From an uncultured Methanosarcinales archaeon (GTDB lineage Archaea > Nanobdellota > Nanobdellia > Woesearchaeales > GW2011-AR9): 43,928 nucleotides of DNA. Below are positions 1-8,033 of the stretch, in pieces. The stretch lies in NCBI GenBank assembly GCA_964372235.1, contig CAYJQD010000003.1:1-43928 (forward strand). Reading direction: 5' to 3'. The translations under genes and the position numbers were made by a program. The notes beneath the pieces are model-generated. The model saw only the letters and a program-made list of their open reading frames with translations. It ran no database searches and was not told the origin of the DNA. How positions within the stretch are numbered: position 1 is the first letter of the stretch; every line of letters starts with the position of its first letter.

Positions 1-539
1 CCTACCGTTTCTGCGACGTCTCTAAAATTATCCGCTTCAAAGTGTTTTTCTACACCTACATGTTTAAGAATATCTCCTATGTGTTTTTTCTCTAAATGAC
101 CATACCTTAAAGGCATTAGTTCTTCTTGTTGATTCTTCATTAATCTATCTCGTAAGTTTTCATGCGCCTCTTGGGTATAATTACTTTTATGTTTCCTAAA
201 GTATCTAGTCAATTCAGATCTTGTAATTCCCACATATTTTTTTAGAAACATATCTTCTTCTATGGTCCCTTTAGCCGGAGCTTTGCCTTTAACTTCGCTT
301 AACTTTTCTGCGGCTGCACTTCTGTAATGATCAATCATCTTATCGATCATGTTATCTTGAACTTTAGTATCTTCAAGTTGTTCATGATCAGGTAGACCAC
401 TTTTATCTTTTATGACATCTGCTGCTTTAGAATAGGCTTGAGAATGAATATCTTTGGTCGCTTCCAACAACTGCCTTACCTTTTTATCCCGATCATAGAA
501 TTCCTTAATGTGTTTTGGTACCTCTTTCTTTTCAGCCAT
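1..539 (-). CDS. hypothetical protein, C-terminal part cut by window edge
   Basis: ATG at 539..537. My manual translation (MAEKKEVPKHIKEFYDRDKKVRQLLEATKDIHSQAYSK...) stays open down to position 1. It is absent from the ORF track because no stop lies inside the window. No family recognised. Confidence 0.55.
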   Translation of the reverse strand, partial: MAEKKEVPKHIKEFYDRDKKVRQLLEATKDIHSQAYSKAADVIKDKSGLPDHEQLEDTKVQDNMIDKMIDHYRSAAAEKLSEVKGKAPAKGTIEEDMFLKKYVGITRSELTRYFRKHKSNYTQEAHENLRDRLMKNQQEELMPLRYGHLEKKHIGDILKHVGVEKHFEADNFRDVAETV

Positions 540-583
540 AAGAGAAGTAAATCAAAACAGAATATTTAAAGATTTCTAATCAA

Positions 584-909
584 GAAAAGTCGCCTTGGCC
601 ACTTATGAGAAAACATTACTAATGCAATTACACGCCATCATGGCGGCAAGACGGACACTTCGTGTCCTACAAACCACCCCGGAGGGGGCAACCCCCGGTT
701 GTCTTGCGCCATGGCGTGCGGCTTGACTGGGGACGCGCCCTCCGGGCTGTCAAGTATGACAAAACAAAGTTTTGGTCGCGAGAAAACTGACAACGATCAG
801 TTTTCTGCGCAGAAATGAGGTAGTTTCCGCATTTCTTGCGTCGCACCGCCAGGTGGCGCATAAATATAGAATGATATAAATTTTTCTGGACCTAGGCGGC
901 GACCTTTTC
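584..909. ncRNA. GC-rich, highly structured RNA candidate of unassigned family; an RNase P RNA or SRP RNA class molecule was considered. Strand uncertain.
   Basis: GC-rich island in AT-rich intergenic DNA. The ends pair: GAAAAGTCGCC 584..594 with GGCGACCTTTTC 898..909. Inside there is a 17-bp bulged helix (632..655 with 701..717) enclosing two hairpins: 653..667, and 677..688 (CCCC-GGAG-GGGG, which reads C(UCCG)G on the minus strand). Four further hairpins follow: 722..727/749..754, 760..765/769..774, 782..790/797..805 and 809..817/830..839. TATA-like boxes lie outside both ends. The 64-aa ORF 667..861 inside it looks spurious. Confidence 0.55.
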
Positions 910-1007
910 AACCTGACCAAAATGTCTCACTTCAGAAAGAAATAAATATAAGCTTTAAAAGTATAGGTTCAAATTACGTTTCAAAGTGTCTCAGGAGGAA
1001 ATACATA

Positions 1008-2882
1008 ATGGCTAAAAAATCAAAATCAAAGGAAATAAAAACCGTGGAGCAAGGTTTACCGTTGCCGCCAAACCTGCCTTCTATCCCTCCAGAAGTAGAG
1101 AAGAAGCTAAAAGCCATTAAAGATAAATTAGACAAATTCAAAGATAAAGTTCTGGATAAGTTTGGAGATTATATTGTTGGGATAACTCTTCTGCCACCTG
1201 AGAAACCAGGAGAACATCCGGCTAAAGAAAGTTCAGCGCCAGAAGAACAAAAAGAAAAAGCTGACGAAAATAAGATCCATGTCATGGTAGTAGTTGACGA
1301 TACTACTTCGCAAAAGATGACTAAGGACGAGCTATTCAATAAATTCTCCTCGGCAGTAAAACAACTCGCAGAAGAAGTAGATAAAGACATCACTCCGCAG
1401 TGCGCCTTGCTGACTGATATTTGGCAGAATTGTTATGATGCCAAATATGACCTAAACCGCTTAATTTCCATGAGTGCTCCTCTGCATGATACCGGAATGC
1501 TGGCGGCAATCAAAATTGCAGAGATCCATAAAAGCATGGTCATCAAAAAATTTGAGAAATACATCCTCAGTTATGTTTTGGCAGGATCTTTAACCCAAGG
1601 AAAAGCAACCCCTACTTCAGATATTGATGTTTGGATCGTCATCGATGATACTGACGTCAAAAAGATGAGTAGAATCGAACTGAAAGATAAATTAAGAGCA
1701 ATCATCATCGGCATGGGCGCAGAAGCTGGAGAGATGACCGGTATCAAAAATAAGCTGAACATCCAAGTCTATATCTTAACTGATTTCTGGGAATCATTAA
1801 AGGAAGCAAATCCTATTATCTTCACGCTGTTGAGAGATGGCGTGCCTTTCTATGATCGCGGTATTTTCATGCCGTGGAAGCAGCTGTTGAGAATGGGCCG
1901 CATCAAGCCCAGCAGAGAAGCGATTGATCTGTTTATGAGTACCGGAGAACAAAGCATCAGCAGAGTGAAAGGCCGTCTGAAAGAGATGGGTATGGAAGAT
2001 ACTTATTACGCGATCTTAACTCCATCACAAGCAGCGATCATGTTGTACGGATTGCCTCCACCAACTCCGAGAGAAACTCCCGATGTGTTAGAAGAGATCT
2101 TCGTGAAGAAAGAAAAAATGCTGGAGCCTGAATATGTCAAGATTCTGCGCAACAATGTAGATATCCGGAAGAAGATCGAACACGGCGACAAGAAAGAATT
2201 AACCGGAACAGAGCTAGATAAACTTATTACCGATGCAGAAAAATTCTTGAAACGGATCAAAGAATTATTTACAGAAATTGAAACCAGACATGATGAACGA
2301 AGCATCGCCATGCTCTATGACGAAGTGATGACCATCATCCGAGATATCTTGAAACTGGAAGGAATTGAAAAAGCACAGGATGCACAGCTGATCAAATTGT
2401 TTGAAGAGGAATTGATCAATACTGGAAAAGTTCCAGCGAGATATCTGCGCGACCTGAACGAAATCATCGAAGCAAAACAGAAGCATGATCAGAAGAAACT
2501 TACCAAGACTGACATCGAGAAGGCGCGCAAGGGCAGCTCTGGATTGTTCAAGTTCTTGGTAGAATACATGCAACGCAAGCGTGGACAGGAAATGGAACGG
2601 GCGCGCGTAAGGGTAAAACACGGTGAGAAGTTTGGGGAAGTGATTTTACTGGATACTGTTGCATTTGTGATCCATGACTTAGATGCCAAAGAACAGCAGA
2701 TCGAGAAAGCAGCGATCAGATCAAACGGAAGTTTAGGACCATTAGAAAAAAGTAGCTTAGAAGAATTCGAGAAAGAATTAGCCAAGGCAAAATTCCCTAA
2801 ACGAGTGTTTGTCAAGGAATCATTGTTTGAGAGCCTGAAAGGCATCTTTGGTCCTGAAGTAGAAGTATTGTTGCAGTATTAA
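1008..2882 (+). CDS. nucleotidyltransferase (Pol-beta/MNT-like) plus HEPN-like helical domain protein, apparently internally duplicated
   Basis: NTase signature GSLTQGKATPTSDIDVWIVIDDTD (about 1581..1650) and an earlier degenerate copy (IHVMVVVDDTT). A helical region carries an Rx4H motif, IRKKIEH (about 2148..2186), as in HEPN domains. Lys-rich N-terminus. Confidence 0.6.
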   Translation: MAKKSKSKEIKTVEQGLPLPPNLPSIPPEVEKKLKAIKDKLDKFKDKVLDKFGDYIVGITLLPPEKPGEHPAKESSAPEEQKEKADENKIHVMVVVDDTTSQKMTKDELFNKFSSAVKQLAEEVDKDITPQCALLTDIWQNCYDAKYDLNRLISMSAPLHDTGMLAAIKIAEIHKSMVIKKFEKYILSYVLAGSLTQGKATPTSDIDVWIVIDDTDVKKMSRIELKDKLRAIIIGMGAEAGEMTGIKNKLNIQVYILTDFWESLKEANPIIFTLLRDGVPFYDRGIFMPWKQLLRMGRIKPSREAIDLFMSTGEQSISRVKGRLKEMGMEDTYYAILTPSQAAIMLYGLPPPTPRETPDVLEEIFVKKEKMLEPEYVKILRNNVDIRKKIEHGDKKELTGTELDKLITDAEKFLKRIKELFTEIETRHDERSIAMLYDEVMTIIRDILKLEGIEKAQDAQLIKLFEEELINTGKVPARYLRDLNEIIEAKQKHDQKKLTKTDIEKARKGSSGLFKFLVEYMQRKRGQEMERARVRVKHGEKFGEVILLDTVAFVIHDLDAKEQQIEKAAIRSNGSLGPLEKSSLEEFEKELAKAKFPKRVFVKESLFESLKGIFGPEVEVLLQY

Positions 2883-2902
2883 GTTACGATTGGTGGGAAG
2901 AG

Positions 2903-3295
2903 ATGAACTGGGAAGAATATCACAATATACCCGAGTTGGTCCAAGAAGGATACTGGACTGATGTATCCTATAGACCAACGCTACTTCAAGGTAATGATCC
3001 AGTCCGAGGGTTTTTTGCTGTAGAGGGGCATAGAATCACGACCATTGGGCATGCTTCGTTCTCCGAACAGCAACCTCCAAAAACTCATCACTATCTCTTC
3101 GATGCGAGCGGAGCGATTTACAGCGAACATCGACCAAGAATAGTCAGAGTAAGAGGCGTCTGTGAAGAAATTGATCCAGATCTTAATGATCAATTCGTTG
3201 ATTTGGCCATGGATTTTCGGGCCATCTTTCCACAATATCAAAAATCGTTAGATTCTTGCATAAGGAACTTGAGTAAATTAACAGGAAAAAGATAG
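2903..3295 (+). CDS. hypothetical protein
   Basis: 130-aa ORF, 20 nt downstream of the preceding gene on the same strand. No motif recognised. Confidence 0.45.
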   Translation: MNWEEYHNIPELVQEGYWTDVSYRPTLLQGNDPVRGFFAVEGHRITTIGHASFSEQQPPKTHHYLFDASGAIYSEHRPRIVRVRGVCEEIDPDLNDQFVDLAMDFRAIFPQYQKSLDSCIRNLSKLTGKR

Positions 3296-3299
3296 AATC

Positions 3300-4154
3300 T
3301 TAATGGTTATTCTTAACTACATAAAACAATTCATTCGGAAATTCTAGGATAGTGTATTCCCATCCCAAACGTTTACATAACCATTCCATCCAGCTTCGTC
3401 TTGGTGCAGTCATCTCTTTGCCGCTTATGGTTTTGGTTGCAAAACTCACCACGATATATTTCGCAGGGATGCGTTTGAGCAATTCTTCTGTTTTTTTATG
3501 CCCTTTACCTTTGTCGATGACATCGGTCATCTTAAGGAGGAGGCACAGGTCCGCTTGTGGAAAGATAACCTTGAGAATATCAGCAACTATGGCTTTACCT
3601 TTGAAAGAAGAATTTTCTGTATGCAACAGTTCAAAATAGCTGTTGATCGATTTGATCTCTTCTTCATTGATATCATAGGCATGATAATTGCATTCTTTCA
3701 ATTTCATATAGAAAAATGAAAAAGGATTGATGCCGCAGCCGAGATCAAGGATGATTTTTGGTTTTTCGGTGATGGAAAATATCTTTGAGTATAACTTTTC
3801 GTAAATAGGTAAACGCTCTTGAGTAGAAGAATGGGTAGAGAGTATTTGTTGAAGAATTGCTGTCCGTTTAGAGAGCGGAGCTTTCAGCAATTCCCCTACT
3901 AATTCTTTTCGCTCTTTTGGATTATCACGGAATAATCCGTACACTCTGCGTAATTGGGAGCGGACCTGTTTGATCAGAGCAGCATACACTTTAGATTTAG
4001 GATGGAAGTTTTCTTGCAAGGCTTTAGCGATTTTAGGTTCTTGTTGCAGATATTTGTGGATATGTTCGGCTACAAAATCATCATCGATGCTTTGTAATTC
4101 TTTTTTTTTCTTGATTTCTTGAATTAAAATAATGATTTTTTCTTTATCGAGCAT
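3300..4154 (-). CDS. 16S rRNA (guanine1405-N7)-methyltransferase family (FmrO / ArmA-Rmt-like) SAM-dependent methyltransferase
   Basis: THSSTQERLP matches the family H-[AS]-S-T-x-ER motif. The SAM motif I ILDLGCGINPF is followed by YHAYDI. LLLKM, VSFATKTISGKE and the C-terminal ELFYVV line up with my memory of ArmA/RmtB (HSSTNER, LDFGCGFNP, YHAYDI, ISFPIKSLSGKEKG). Confidence 0.7.
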   Translation of the reverse strand: MLDKEKIIILIQEIKKKKELQSIDDDFVAEHIHKYLQQEPKIAKALQENFHPKSKVYAALIKQVRSQLRRVYGLFRDNPKERKELVGELLKAPLSKRTAILQQILSTHSSTQERLPIYEKLYSKIFSITEKPKIILDLGCGINPFSFFYMKLKECNYHAYDINEEEIKSINSYFELLHTENSSFKGKAIVADILKVIFPQADLCLLLKMTDVIDKGKGHKKTEELLKRIPAKYIVVSFATKTISGKEMTAPRRSWMEWLCKRLGWEYTILEFPNELFYVVKNNH

Positions 4155-4215
4155 GAAGATACTAAAAACTCTATGTTATAAAAAGCTTTTTAAAGCAAGG
4201 AAGAATAAGTAAGCC

Positions 4216-4863
4216 ATGGATAAAGACGGAAAACTCAAGAAAGCCTGGAATTTCTTTTGGCATGATGATTCCCTAACTAGCTGGGTGGCTAATGTAGCAG
4301 TGGCATTCTTAGTGATCAGATTTATTCTTTATCCTCTTCTTGGAGTAGTGTTAGGAACAAGCTTTCCAATCGTCGCGGTAGTCAGCGAAAGTATGGAGCA
4401 TGGGCTGCATGATGGAAGATTATGTGGAAACTATATACAAGACTTTAAGGAATCGTTCGATAATTATTGGGAAGTCTGTGGAAGTTGGTATGAGCAGCAA
4501 GGCATCAGCAAGGAGCAATTTAAACGATTCCCTTTCCAGAATGGTTTTGATAAAGGCGATGTGATCATCCTCTGGCGGGCAAATGAAGAGAATACCGAAG
4601 TGGGAGACATTCTTATTTTCCAAGGAAATAGGCCACAGCCATTGATCCATCGGGTAGTCAAAGTATGGGAAGAAGACGACCAGAAATTGTACCAAACTAA
4701 AGGCGACCATAACAATGGCATTATCTCTGGAGAAGGCGGCGAAGAACGGATTATCCAAGACAGGATCTATGGCCAAGGGGTGTTACGAGTACCGTATTTA
4801 GGCTGGGTAAAGATATTATTTGTAGACTTAGTAAGACCCTTAGGCTGGAATATTCAGAGATAA
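4216..4863 (+). CDS. signal peptidase I, archaeal/eukaryotic S26B (Sec11) type
   Basis: N-terminal TM helix, then SESMEHG (Ser box), GDVII, HRVV (His box) and TKGDHN (Asp box). Confidence 0.75.
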   Translation: MDKDGKLKKAWNFFWHDDSLTSWVANVAVAFLVIRFILYPLLGVVLGTSFPIVAVVSESMEHGLHDGRLCGNYIQDFKESFDNYWEVCGSWYEQQGISKEQFKRFPFQNGFDKGDVIILWRANEENTEVGDILIFQGNRPQPLIHRVVKVWEEDDQKLYQTKGDHNNGIISGEGGEERIIQDRIYGQGVLRVPYLGWVKILFVDLVRPLGWNIQR

Positions 4864-4865
4864 AG

Positions 4866-5546
4866 TCATTTGAGCAGTTCTAATTTAACTTCAGCAATTT
4901 TTTTGATTAAATCAACACTTTCTAAATCGTTAGTGCCAAAATAAGGAATTAAAACATCATCACCGTAGGTGCCAAAATTTCCACGTTCACTGATATAAAC
5001 CCCATGAGGAGTAGCTACAAGATGATGATACCAAAAGGGAACGTTATTGCTTTCAAGATAATGCACCGATTCTTTATAGAGATCTGGCCGTTTCTTTTTC
5101 CAATCGTCCAGATCAGCTTCCACGCCATCAACAGTATACCAATCAGCTTTACCGCCATGCGCGATGCCTACCACCTTTTCTTTAACTTCATATTTGGTTG
5201 CTAGATAGCTTCGTAATCCTTCATCAAAATCTAAACCGTGGAAACAAAAAAACTCTAACTTTTGAATCTTCCTGATTTTATGGTTAAGTTGGCCTAAAGA
5301 ATCGTATTTTCCAATTAGTGAATTTAGATCATGCTTGATTTCGTGAACATCTGTGGGTAAAGGAAGTACCTCGCAAGCTCTCTTTTCCATGGCGCCGTAG
5401 ATTTTTTTTTCAAAAGGATAGAAGAGATGCTTATAATCCCTTTCTAACACTTGCTCAGTTTCTTTCGGCCTTTCCACAGAAACCTGTACTGGACAGCCGT
5501 ACTCTCTTTCCAAAGCTTTGACCAAGGAACGTATTTTCTTGTCCAT
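4866..5546 (-). CDS. hypothetical protein
   Basis: 226-aa ORF with a clean ATG, convergent with the signal peptidase gene (2-nt gap). No motif recognised. Confidence 0.5.
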   Translation of the reverse strand: MDKKIRSLVKALEREYGCPVQVSVERPKETEQVLERDYKHLFYPFEKKIYGAMEKRACEVLPLPTDVHEIKHDLNSLIGKYDSLGQLNHKIRKIQKLEFFCFHGLDFDEGLRSYLATKYEVKEKVVGIAHGGKADWYTVDGVEADLDDWKKKRPDLYKESVHYLESNNVPFWYHHLVATPHGVYISERGNFGTYGDDVLIPYFGTNDLESVDLIKKIAEVKLELLK

Positions 5547-5666
5547 CCTCTTTGACCCAATCCTTAGGTATAAATACTTTATGCCTCTCCAATTAGATAA
5601 ATTATATAAAGAAGCAGCTGATTTCTGGATAAAATAACGATGGTTAAGATATAATAGGTGATATAT

Positions 5667-5978
5667 ATGTTCTGTCCTACATGTGGTTCAATATTGCGGC
5701 CAAAGGATAAGGCTGGGAAGAAAGTCCTTTTCTGCAGCTGCGGCTTTACCAAAGCTCCTGACGAAGAGACTGCAGAAATAAAGGAAAAAGTAAAGAATAG
5801 CAAGAAGATTGAAGTAGTTGAACAAGTTGAGACTAATCCTAAGATCAAAACGCCTTGCCCTAAGTGCGATAATAAGATAGCGTATTTCTGGACCCAGCAA
5901 ACTCGCGGTGCTGACGAACCAGAAACTAGATTCTTTAAATGTACCAAATGTAATTATACTTGGAGAGAGTACTCGTAA
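5667..5978 (+). CDS. tfs: transcription factor S / RNA polymerase subunit M (TFIIS-Rpb9-like)
   Basis: N-terminal ribbon CPTCG...CSCG. C-terminal ribbon CPKC...CTKC with WTQQTRGADEPETRFF (the TFIIS acidic hairpin signature). The first ATG is at 5667; the track start at 5658 is GTG. Confidence 0.85.
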   Translation: MFCPTCGSILRPKDKAGKKVLFCSCGFTKAPDEETAEIKEKVKNSKKIEVVEQVETNPKIKTPCPKCDNKIAYFWTQQTRGADEPETRFFKCTKCNYTWREYS

Positions 5979-6484
5979 TGGTTTCACCCAGAGAGATGCT
6001 GGCTAAGATTGAGAGAAGTGAGGATTACAAATCTTGGAAGAAAAAACATCCTCAAGGATATCTTTCTCATTTTTTTTGTCCTATTTCAGCTGATTGTCAA
6101 TTGAAGAGCGATTGGGAAATTGGGTTTTATGACGCTGATTCGGAGAGGATGACCGTCTTTGCTTTCAGCGACACTATCAGTGTCAAAGAAAATGAAGATG
6201 AAGTTTTCAAAAAACCAGAACAGAGGGTAGAAGAATTGGAAATAACCTCGGTAAAGATTACTTTTGATAAGGCAGTAGATGTATTTGCACAACATGTAGA
6301 AGAATTGTTTCCCAAGGCAGGACGAGGGGACGGTTTTGTGATCTTACAGAACTTAGAAGGAAAATCATTGTGGAACTTTACGTTCATCACTCGCGATTTG
6401 AAATTTATCAACATCAAGATCAATGCTACGAGTGGAGAAGTTGATTCTCATTTGAGTATGGATCTGATAGATAGAGGACAGTGA
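5978..6484 (+). CDS. hypothetical protein
   Basis: The ATG at 5978 overlaps the tfs stop (TAATG), which suggests co-translation. No motif recognised. Confidence 0.5.
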   Translation: MVSPREMLAKIERSEDYKSWKKKHPQGYLSHFFCPISADCQLKSDWEIGFYDADSERMTVFAFSDTISVKENEDEVFKKPEQRVEELEITSVKITFDKAVDVFAQHVEELFPKAGRGDGFVILQNLEGKSLWNFTFITRDLKFINIKINATSGEVDSHLSMDLIDRGQ

Positions 6485-6530
6485 ATACATTCTAGTTTCT
6501 TTTTTTGAATAAACAAATCATAACAGTATA

Positions 6531-6560
6531 GATAATTTTGAAAAAATATTCAAAATTATC
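6531..6560. repeat. perfect 12-bp inverted repeat with 6-nt spacer
   Basis: GATAATTTTGAA-aaaata-TTCAAAATTATC, in the 325-bp AT-rich gap between convergent genes. Confidence 0.9.
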
Positions 6561-6561
6561 T

Positions 6562-6619
6562 TAGAAACTTTGAAATAATTGAATTATAATATATATCTAA
6601 ACTCTATTCAAAGTTTCTA
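6562..6619. repeat. perfect 13-bp inverted repeat with 32-nt spacer
   Basis: TAGAAACTTTGAA (6562..6574) and TTCAAAGTTTCTA (6607..6619). It shares the TTTGAA/TTCAAA core with the adjacent palindrome. Confidence 0.9.
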
Positions 6620-6809
6620 TATCTTCCATATCAACAGTCTTTATATACTTCAGAACTTTCCTTTTTCTACGATAGATGTTGTATTTCAAAAAGAGGTGAT
6701 AGACCTTTGTCTAAAGATAGTCCTAAAATTTCTTTCAATGCGCAGAAGAAATGCAAGAAGCTAGATGCATTCTTCAGTGAAGTTAAAGAGGAAAAAGAAG
6801 AGAAATGAT

Positions 6810-7457
6810 TTATTGATATCCGTAGAGAGTATTAACCTGTTTCTGAATTTCTTGGGCAATAGCATCGATTGATTGGGTGCCATCAATGGTTACAATATTT
6901 TCTCTAAACTGTAAGATCTGCGCCGCATGCATATATTTCTCGCGCACCTTCTCCTGGAAAGTAAGAGCTTCAAAGTACTCTTCTTTATTTCTTCCGACAT
7001 CCTTTCCCATTCGCTGTTGGGCAACATCAACCGGTGTATCTAAAAAGATAGTCAGATCGGCATTGCGTAGATGTTGGTGACGTTGAATCAAGTCATTCAT
7101 ATCTCTGCCCTGAGCAGACTGATAGGCAATGGTAGAAAGTTTATAGCGATCAGAAATAACTTGTAAACCTAAGCGTAAGCTAGGAACTATAAGATTATCA
7201 TGATGCCATTTCCTATCATTGATAAACAAAGAAGCCCAGTATTCTGGATCGTTTATTACATTCTCCCCTGGGAGTAAATTTCCGCTCAGGCGGCGGCGCA
7301 ATTCCTTTCCATAAGGAGAAAGCTCAGTGGGTTCGCGAGTAAGCACAGGAACATTCTTCTTCAGTTTTTCGAAGAGATGTTTTACTAGCAGTGGCCCCTG
7401 CGTGCTTGTGCCCGCGCCATCTATCCCTTCTAGTACGATAAACTTGCCATCCATCAT
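6810..7457 (-). CDS. tmk: thymidylate (dTMP) kinase with atypical P-loop
   Basis: FIVLEGIDGAGTSTQ (P-loop position), LTREPT and ISDRYKLSTIAYQ (DRY box). It is the last gene of the thyA-folA-tmk string. Confidence 0.75.
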   Translation of the reverse strand: MMDGKFIVLEGIDGAGTSTQGPLLVKHLFEKLKKNVPVLTREPTELSPYGKELRRRLSGNLLPGENVINDPEYWASLFINDRKWHHDNLIVPSLRLGLQVISDRYKLSTIAYQSAQGRDMNDLIQRHQHLRNADLTIFLDTPVDVAQQRMGKDVGRNKEEYFEALTFQEKVREKYMHAAQILQFRENIVTIDGTQSIDAIAQEIQKQVNTLYGYQ

Positions 7458-7477
7458 CCCATCCTCTTTTGTAACAA

Positions 7478-8020
7478 TTACTTTCTCACATAGGTTACAA
7501 ATGAATATCCTTGCCTATCAATTCTTTTATCTTTATCTTCTTTCCATAGAGCAGGATCTATCTTTGGAAAATAACGCATCTGCGGCCCTTCTACATGTTG
7601 ATCGACATGAGTAATTTCTAGGGAGGTAGCATATTGCATTGCCGCTTCGTACACTTTTTGGCCACCACCTATGAAAATCTTGGAGTACTTTATTTCATCT
7701 TTCCAAGTGCTTCGTTCTTCTAAAACGTCGAGAGCATCTTCCAGAGCTGAAGAACGTAATACTCCCGGCTCACTGAAGGACTTATCACTGGTTAGAACAA
7801 CGTTATGCCTGCCGGGAAGTGGACGTTTAGGAATCGATTCATAGGTAACTCGGCCCATTATAATTGGATAGCCTGCAGTTAATGATTTAAAATGTTTAAA
7901 ATCTTCTTTAACCAGCAGTTCGTTGTTTTTTCTATCCTCCTGCCAGGGAATCGTTCCATTTACCCCAATAACATTATTTCTTGATACAGCAGCTATCAAA
8001 ATTATCTCTGGTTGTTTCAT
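7478..8020 (-). CDS. folA: dihydrofolate reductase
   Basis: IILIAAVSRNNVIGVNGTIPW, DFKHFKSLT, PIIMGRVTYESIP, LPGRHNVVLT. The ATG at 8020 is preceded by GGAGG (8028..8032), 7 nt upstream. Confidence 0.85.
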   Translation of the reverse strand: MKQPEIILIAAVSRNNVIGVNGTIPWQEDRKNNELLVKEDFKHFKSLTAGYPIIMGRVTYESIPKRPLPGRHNVVLTSDKSFSEPGVLRSSALEDALDVLEERSTWKDEIKYSKIFIGGGQKVYEAAMQYATSLEITHVDQHVEGPQMRYFPKIDPALWKEDKDKRIDRQGYSFVTYVRK

Positions 8021-8033
8021 GTTTTTTCCTCCT

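Noticed and set aside
667-861. 64-aa ORF (minus strand) inside the GC-rich island
   Set aside because: It lies entirely within stacked hairpins of the RNA candidate. It is Arg/Cys/Gly-rich as expected from translating GC-rich structured RNA, and it has no plausible start context.
584-909. Confident assignment as SRP RNA (plus strand) or RNase P RNA (minus strand)
   Set aside because: Matches are only partial. The helix-8-like GGAG/GCAAC lacks the conserved 5'-side AGG and a long helix 5. The GAAAAG(G)UCGCC that resembles the RNase P CR-I/P4 is simply the terminal stem and pairs with the 3' end. I left the family unassigned pending covariance-model searches.
6579-6764. 61-aa ORF in the AT-rich spacer
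   Set aside because: It has an Ile/Asn/Phe/Tyr-rich composition from AT-rich DNA, overlaps the inverted repeats, and has no start context.
6485-6809. Replication origin
   Set aside because: It is AT-rich with inverted repeats, but there is no adjacent orc1/cdc6 gene and no multiple ORB-like direct or inverted repeat set. It is kept only as a low-interest regulatory spacer.
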